Assembly: GCA_029863705.1 (NCBI GenBank)
Contig: JAOTUU010000003.1
Location: 1,200-65,199 of the forward strand
Length of the DNA stretch: 64,000 bases
DNA from: Gammaproteobacteria bacterium
Lineage (GTDB): Bacteria > Pseudomonadota > Gammaproteobacteria > Steroidobacterales > Woeseiaceae
Reading direction: 5' to 3'
Shown: in pieces, positions 59,354 through 64,000 of the stretch
How positions within the stretch are numbered: the first letter of the stretch is position 1
How the letters are laid out: each line of letters opens with the position of its first letter
Made by a program: the position numbers and the translations under genes
Notes under the pieces: generated by a model
Told to the model about the DNA's origin: nothing
What the model saw: only the letters and a program-made list of their open reading frames with translations
The model's database searches: none

Positions 59354-59440
59354 AAGTAGCGCTGAGTGTAGCGCCGGATGCGCGCACGGCAAGGATGCGG
59401 TTGGCAATAATTATCCGAAGCGGCGTTTGCTTTGTTGCGG

Positions 59441-60343
59441 CTACCAGAGGTTTAGCTGGAACAGGAAGTAGTGATCAAACAGCAGGGCCGAGAAGAGTAA
59501 TCCCAGGTAGGAAATTGAAAACCTGAACGACTTCATCGGCAATTCGAGATCGTCGTGGTCGCGCCACATCCGAATCGCGTAAGTTAGATAAGCAACGCCA
59601 AGGCCAATCGCCGACAGCAAATAAATGACGCCGCTCATGCGGGTCAGGTACGGGATGATCGTAATGACGAATAACAAGATGGTGTACAGCAGAATGTTTA
59701 TCCGCGTGTAGGCCTCGCCGTGTGTCACGGGGAGCATCGGGATATCGACCTTCGCGTACTCTTCCTTTCTTGCGATGGCCAGTGCCCAGAAATGTGGTGG
59801 AGTCCAAAGGAAAATAATCAGGAAGAGCAATAAAGCGCTGCTGGTTACTTCGCCCGTGACGGCGGTCCAGCCAAGAATCGGAGGCGCTGCACCCGCGGCA
59901 CCACCGATGACAATATTCTGTGGCGTCGCACGCTTGAGATACATCGTGTATACGCCGGCGTAGCCGATCAGAGAGATAAAGGTCAGGGCAGCAGTCAGTG
60001 GGTTGACGAGAAACCAGAGGATGATCATCGCCACGATGCCGATCGCTGATGCAAAGATGAGCGCCGACTTTTCGGTCAGCTTGCCCTGCGGCAGAGGTCG
60101 GCCTCGAGTACGCATCATTTGAATATCGATACGCGCGTCGAGGACGTGGTTAAACACAGCGGCTGACGATGCGGCCAGACCGATACCCAAAGTGCCGTAA
60201 ATCAGTGCTGCTGCGCCGGGCCAGCCGGGTACCGACAGGAACATGCCAACGATGGCTGTAAACACAATCAGCATGACGACACGAGGTTTTGTCAGCTCGT
60301 AATAGTCGCGCCAGTCCGTGTACGTTTCCACGCTCGTGTTCAT
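59441..60343 (-). CDS. cyoE: protoheme IX farnesyltransferase (heme O synthase)
   Basis: 300-aa polytopic UbiA-family ORF. Motifs YYELTKPRVVMLIVFTA, NHVLDARIDIQMMRTRGRPLP and WTPPHFWALA are characteristic of CyoE/CtaB. Confidence 0.92.
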   Translation of the reverse strand: MNTSVETYTDWRDYYELTKPRVVMLIVFTAIVGMFLSVPGWPGAAALIYGTLGIGLAASSAAVFNHVLDARIDIQMMRTRGRPLPQGKLTEKSALIFASAIGIVAMIILWFLVNPLTAALTFISLIGYAGVYTMYLKRATPQNIVIGGAAGAAPPILGWTAVTGEVTSSALLLFLIIFLWTPPHFWALAIARKEEYAKVDIPMLPVTHGEAYTRINILLYTILLFVITIIPYLTRMSGVIYLLSAIGLGVAYLTYAIRMWRDHDDLELPMKSFRFSISYLGLLFSALLFDHYFLFQLNLW

Positions 60344-60354
60344 TTGAGTGCCCG

Positions 60355-60933
60355 TCAGCCGATACGCGATAACTTAAGCAAGCGCTTGAGGTCATCGACC
60401 ATCTCAGAAGGATCGAGATCCGGCCGGAAATACATTACAAGATTGCCGTGAGGATCGATCAGGTAATAGCCATTCGCCGGTAGATCCGCGGGTTTCTTGT
60501 TACTCAGCAGCCTGGTGAGACTGCCATCCTCTATCGTCACCAGGCCCGCGTGCTCTTCGGCCAGAAACACTGTATCGGGCGGCGTATGGCCGTGCAAGAA
60601 AACACGGGCGATGCGATCCATCTCCTTGCCGAGCATTAGACGAGACTGGCGCAACTTGTACAGTGCGTCCCTGCAGGTAACGTCGCAGGTGGTGTCGTGC
60701 GAATACAGCAGCACCCAGCTTTGCTGATAATGTGCGTGGACCGCAGAGTCCGGCAGCTCTTCGGCGAGATTTGCGATGGGTTCCAGCAAAGCTCCGTGGT
60801 TCGTTCTGCCGGGTGGTTGCACTGAGGCACCCCCGTAGTACATCCACGCGGCGACGAGCAACGGCCCGAGGAAAACAGCCGCAACAAGCAGAAGCTGCAG
60901 CCGTCCTGCCCGCTGTCGTGCCGGGTCGTTCAT
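60355..60933 (-). CDS. membrane-anchored thioredoxin-fold protein of the cytochrome oxidase assembly cluster (SCO-like, CxxxC)
   Basis: Start at ATG 60933 (MNDPARQRAGRLQLLLVAAVFLGPLLVAAWMYY). It has a CDVTC motif and an ending (YYLIDPHGNLVMYF) reminiscent of SCO1/SenC-type proteins. It lies between SURF1 and cyoE, like PA0111-type genes. Confidence 0.5.
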   Translation of the reverse strand: MNDPARQRAGRLQLLLVAAVFLGPLLVAAWMYYGGASVQPPGRTNHGALLEPIANLAEELPDSAVHAHYQQSWVLLYSHDTTCDVTCRDALYKLRQSRLMLGKEMDRIARVFLHGHTPPDTVFLAEEHAGLVTIEDGSLTRLLSNKKPADLPANGYYLIDPHGNLVMYFRPDLDPSEMVDDLKRLLKLSRIG

Positions 60934-61643
60934 GACTCCAGGCCGCGCTTGCGAAAATTCCACAGCAGCAGGCCGGCAAGCACTATTCCCATCGCGAACC
61001 ATTGCAAAGCATAGGCGTAGTGTCTGCCAGGACCCATCTCCTCAGGTACCCAGTGGCGGTAAAAGCCGAGCTCCTCTTGTGGATCCATAAGCAGGACGAA
61101 AGGTTGAACATCGCGGCCAAGCGCTTGCGCGAGATCGCCGAGTTCCGGATACACCGCGGGCACGGGCCAGGACGAGCCGGCGATGATTGCATCGCCCATA
61201 CGATAGCCAGCCCTTGGCAGCGAACCGGCGCGACCTGTGATAGTGACGCGCGAACTTTGCAGCGCGATCCTGCTGCTATCAAAGTCCTGGCCCGTCCGTT
61301 CAACCCAACCACGATTGACGATTAATACGGGCGCACCGTCTTCGACGATGAGCGGCGTAAGGACGTAATAGCCGTAGCGGCTGTTAATAATGATGTTTTC
61401 GAGCAAAAACTGGTGCTGCGCATCAAACTGGCCGGTCGCTTTGAGTTTCTGGAAGGAGCGAACCTCCATACCATCCGACCATGAAGCGAAACCCGCCTGC
61501 GACGAGAAAGCTTGCCTCTCGGCACTTGCGTCAAGACCACGATAGATTTGCCAGACCCCAAGCCCCAGAAACTGCACAACGAGCACTGCGCCAATTAAGT
61601 ACGGAATCCAGCCGAGGATCTTCTTTTTGAGTGCTTCGTTCAC
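60930..61643 (-). CDS. SURF1-family cytochrome oxidase assembly protein
   Basis: 237 aa with N- and C-terminal TMs. LGLGVWQIYRG, VNRGWV and HWVPEEMGPGRHYAYALQWFAMG are typical SURF1/Shy1 motifs. Confidence 0.85.
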   Translation of the reverse strand: MNEALKKKILGWIPYLIGAVLVVQFLGLGVWQIYRGLDASAERQAFSSQAGFASWSDGMEVRSFQKLKATGQFDAQHQFLLENIIINSRYGYYVLTPLIVEDGAPVLIVNRGWVERTGQDFDSSRIALQSSRVTITGRAGSLPRAGYRMGDAIIAGSSWPVPAVYPELGDLAQALGRDVQPFVLLMDPQEELGFYRHWVPEEMGPGRHYAYALQWFAMGIVLAGLLLWNFRKRGLES

Positions 61644-61673
61644 GATATAATTGCTTATTGTCGACGCCTGGAG

Positions 61674-61874
61674 GTGGTCATGAAAGCTATTGTACTGGTT
61701 CTACTTGCGGCGATAGTGCTCGCCCTCTTCTCCGGGCTGTTCTTCATGGTCAAGGACAAGGATCATCCGGAATCGCCGCGCCTGCTGACCGCCCTGAAAG
61801 TACGCGTCGGCCTGTCGATACTGCTGGTGCTTTTGTTGGTGGCGTCGTTCAAGTTTGGCTGGATAGCCGCCTAG
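61674..61874 (+). CDS. twin-transmembrane-helix small protein (DUF2909-like)
   Basis: 66 aa with two hydrophobic helices separated by a charged loop (KDKDHPESPRLLTALKVR). It sits opposite-strand between SURF1 and coxC, as in the Pseudomonas cox clusters. Confidence 0.65.
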   Translation: MVMKAIVLVLLAAIVLALFSGLFFMVKDKDHPESPRLLTALKVRVGLSILLVLLLVASFKFGWIAA

Positions 61875-62056
61875 TTTCCACAGCTTGGCGGGCGGCGCGC
61901 TCGGGGTCTCTGCCGAGGATGCTGAGTGGGGTGTTTGGTGACCGAAGTAAAGCGCAGCATCGCGAGCCATGAGGGAAGCAAATAGCCCGCTCAGCATCAT
62001 GTGCGATCAAATCCAATAGACGAATACGGATAAGCTGCTCAGCACCCTGTGCTACG

Positions 62057-62923
62057 TCACATCCAATACACGAAAACATACAAGCCAACCCAGACGACAT
62101 CAACAAAGTGCCAGTACCAGGCAACAGCCTCAAACGCGAAGTGCTTGTCGGCCGTGAAGTGACCCTTGACCACGCGCAACCAGATGATCGTTAACATGAT
62201 CGCACCGAGCGTCACATGCATGCCGTGGAAGCCCGTCAGCATGAAAAAGGTAGAACCATAAATGCCGCTGCTTAGCTTCAGGTTCATGTGTTGGTAAGCT
62301 TCGATGTACTCCACGCCTTGCAGATATACAAAGAAGAAACCCAGCAAAAACGTCGCGCCGAGGAACACGGTCAGGATATTGCGCTTGCCGGCGAGCAGTG
62401 CGTGATGGGCGATCGTAACCGTAACGCTGCTCGTTAACAGAATAGCCGTATTGATCAAGGGCAGGCCGAACGGACCCATTACCTCAAAGTCGCCCCCAAT
62501 CTCTCCCGGGCCGTTGGTCGGCCAGGTACTTTCGTAGCCGGACCAAAGCAGCAGGTTGGTGAAAAAGTTGTTGCTGGCGCCACCGAGCCAGGGGATGGAC
62601 ATGTTTCTGGCGTAAAAAAGTGCGCCAAAAAACGCCGCGAAGAACATTACCTCGGAAAAGATGAACCAGAACATGCCCATGCGGAAAGACTTGTCCACCT
62701 GCTCGTTGTAAAGGCCGTGTTGACTCTCGCCGATAACCGTTCCAAACCAACCCGCCAGCATGAATATCATGACGGCAACGCCCGACATCATTACCCAGAA
62801 ACCCGCATCCGCACCGTTAAGCCAGGTAGAAACGCCAACCATCAGCAATAACAAGCCGATAGAGCCGACGATAGGCCAGTGGCTACCGTGCGGAACGTAA
62901 TAACTATCTTGCGTCTGTGACAT
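62057..62923 (-). CDS. coxC: cytochrome c oxidase subunit III
   Basis: Start at ATG 62923 ([21 protein letters not shown]). Motifs [20 protein letters not shown] and [22 protein letters not shown] are present. 288 aa. Confidence 0.92.
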   Translation of the reverse strand: MSQTQDSYYVPHGSHWPIVGSIGLLLLMVGVSTWLNGADAGFWVMMSGVAVMIFMLAGWFGTVIGESQHGLYNEQVDKSFRMGMFWFIFSEVMFFAAFFGALFYARNMSIPWLGGASNNFFTNLLLWSGYESTWPTNGPGEIGGDFEVMGPFGLPLINTAILLTSSVTVTIAHHALLAGKRNILTVFLGATFLLGFFFVYLQGVEYIEAYQHMNLKLSSGIYGSTFFMLTGFHGMHVTLGAIMLTIIWLRVVKGHFTADKHFAFEAVAWYWHFVDVVWVGLYVFVYWM

Positions 62924-63464
62924 AGCTGATCTCTGTATCAAATAAGGTGTACGACAATGTGATCGTGTCTACGTAGTCGGGTAGATCCGGGTCGACAATG
63001 AACTGCAACGGCAACGCGCGCTCTTCGTCGGCAGCGAACGCCTGGCTTGTGAAGCAGAAGCACTCGATTTTCTTGAAGTGATCGCTTGCCGATATGGGCG
63101 CAATGCTGGGCACCGTTTGAGTCACCCTGTCTTCTTTCGACAGGTTTTCTGCAGTGAATGTCGCGAAATACATTTTACCCGGATGCACTTCCATGCTGTC
63201 TTTGTCGGCAGCGAAACGCCATAGCCCGTATTCGTTGACGGTTGTCATAAACTCGATACGAACCGTGCGTGATAAATCGGGCGCCTCGGTGGCCGCTGCA
63301 GCGGTGGTGTTGGTGCGCCCACCGAATCCGGTGATATCGCAGAACACATCGTAAAGCGGCGGCAACACCAAAAAGCCAAACGCGAACATGCCCAGCGTAA
63401 AAGCAAACAACTTGCCCACTAGCATGCGGTTCGATTCGGTCGGCTGTTGGTCGGATGAACTCAT
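62904..63464 (-). CDS. ctaG: cytochrome c oxidase assembly protein CtaG/Cox11
   Basis: 186 aa with an N-terminal TM, then [14 protein letters not shown] and KIECFCFT, the copper-binding Cox11 motifs. Confidence 0.9.
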   Translation of the reverse strand: MSSSDQQPTESNRMLVGKLFAFTLGMFAFGFLVLPPLYDVFCDITGFGGRTNTTAAAATEAPDLSRTVRIEFMTTVNEYGLWRFAADKDSMEVHPGKMYFATFTAENLSKEDRVTQTVPSIAPISASDHFKKIECFCFTSQAFAADEERALPLQFIVDPDLPDYVDTITLSYTLFDTEISYVTDAR

Positions 63465-63467
63465 GGT

Positions 63468-63584
63468 CTAAGCGCGCAGCACGCCCATCAAGATAAAGCC
63501 GAGATAAAAGGCGAGAGCAATGCTGGTCATGATGATCGCAGTACGACGTATATTCCTGCGTCTTTGTGCTTCGTTGGGTATCAC
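63468..63584 (-). CDS. possible cytochrome oxidase small assembly protein (38 aa, single TM)
   Basis: Hand translation from GTG 63584 (GTGA overlap with the coxA stop) gives VIPNEAQRRRNIRRTAIIMTSIALAFYLGFILMGVLRA, then TAG at 63470-63468. This is a basic stretch plus one TM, matching the small ORF commonly found between coxA and ctaG. Too short to be sure. Confidence 0.45.
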   Translation of the reverse strand: MIPNEAQRRRNIRRTAIIMTSIALAFYLGFILMGVLRA

Positions 63585-64000
63585 TCGAAAGACTCCTGGG
63601 CGACACGCAGTTTCGGTGGTGTATCAAACGTGTGGTAAGGCGCGGGTGACGGCACGGTCCACTCGAGGCCACGTGGTGCTTCCCAAACCCTGTCGGTTGC
63701 CTTTTCGCCGCGCTTTGACGTCAATAGCACATACACGAAGATCAATTGCGACAAGCCGAAGCCGATTGCACCGACACTGGCCATGGCGTTGAAGTCGGCA
63801 AACTGGGTCGAGTAGTCCGGGATACGTCGCGGCATTCCCGCGAGACCCAAAAAGTGCATTGGAAAGAACGTGAGGTTGACGAAAATGGTCGACAACCAGA
63901 AATGCCATTTGCCGGCAGTCTCGTTATACATGTGGCCGGTCCACTTCGGCAGCCAGTAATACGCGGCGGCCATCAGTGCGAAAATCGACCCCGGTACCAG
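63581..64000 (-). CDS. coxA: cytochrome c oxidase subunit I, C-terminal part (5' end off the right edge)
   Basis: The sequence YYWLPKWTGHMYNETAGKWHFWLSTIFVNLTFFPMHFLGLAGMPRRIPDY... is a highly conserved CoxA C-terminal region. The ORF is open to the window edge. Confidence 0.9.
   Translation of the reverse strand: MVPGSIFALMAAAYYWLPKWTGHMYNETAGKWHFWLSTIFVNLTFFPMHFLGLAGMPRRIPDYSTQFADFNAMASVGAIGFGLSQLIFVYVLLTSKRGEKATDRVWEAPRGLEWTVPSPAPYHTFDTPPKLRVAQESFE

Noticed and set aside
61701-62000. 99-aa minus-strand ORF overlapping the DUF2909-like gene.
   Set aside because: It is antisense to a small two-TM protein that fits the conserved cox-cluster synteny. Its product is hydrophilic, low-complexity and has no RBS.

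Overview
This window is the replication-origin neighbourhood of a GC-rich gammaproteobacterium; the gene order resembles Pseudomonas and marine Cellvibrionales-type genomes. mnmE-yidC-rnpA-rpmH on the minus strand diverge from dnaA-dnaN-recF-gyrB on the plus strand. These are followed by glyQS, glnA-ntrBC, pyrD/trmL, gpsA-secB-yibN, envC-ctpA-yibQ, a peptide-uptake run (POT, ACE-like M2 peptidase, AbgT), tatABC, dtd, a TRAP transporter, trkHA, uvrD and an aa3-type cytochrome oxidase assembly cluster. The window ends inside coxA. Almost all of it is tightly packed core genome. I saw no tRNA, rRNA, CRISPR array, transposase, integrase or prophage signal, and I cannot point to a clear multi-gene novel system. 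Six things deserve a second look. (1) A secreted protein is built of six tandem 4-cysteine Kazal-like inhibitor domains with different predicted P1 residues, sitting 12 nt after the envC-ctpA-yibQ-methyltransferase run. (2) An ECF sigma / membrane anti-sigma-like / hyper-acidic secreted protein operon ends in a clean terminator and is followed by a TPR plus beta-barrel outer-membrane protein. (3) An orphan 798-aa HerA/FtsK-like P-loop ATPase lies 12 nt downstream of abgT. (4) Three perfect DnaA boxes, one near-perfect box and a strongly AT-rich tract lie in the dnaA-dnaN spacer, while the rpmH-dnaA spacer has none; this is a candidate oriC. (5) gpsA and ntrB have conserved N-terminal regions that are in frame but not preceded by any ATG/GTG/TTG, so ATA and ATT starts are suspected. 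(6) There is a small REP-like repeat family and a structured GC-rich non-coding segment. All functional calls come from reading the translations and from motif and synteny knowledge; no database search was run.
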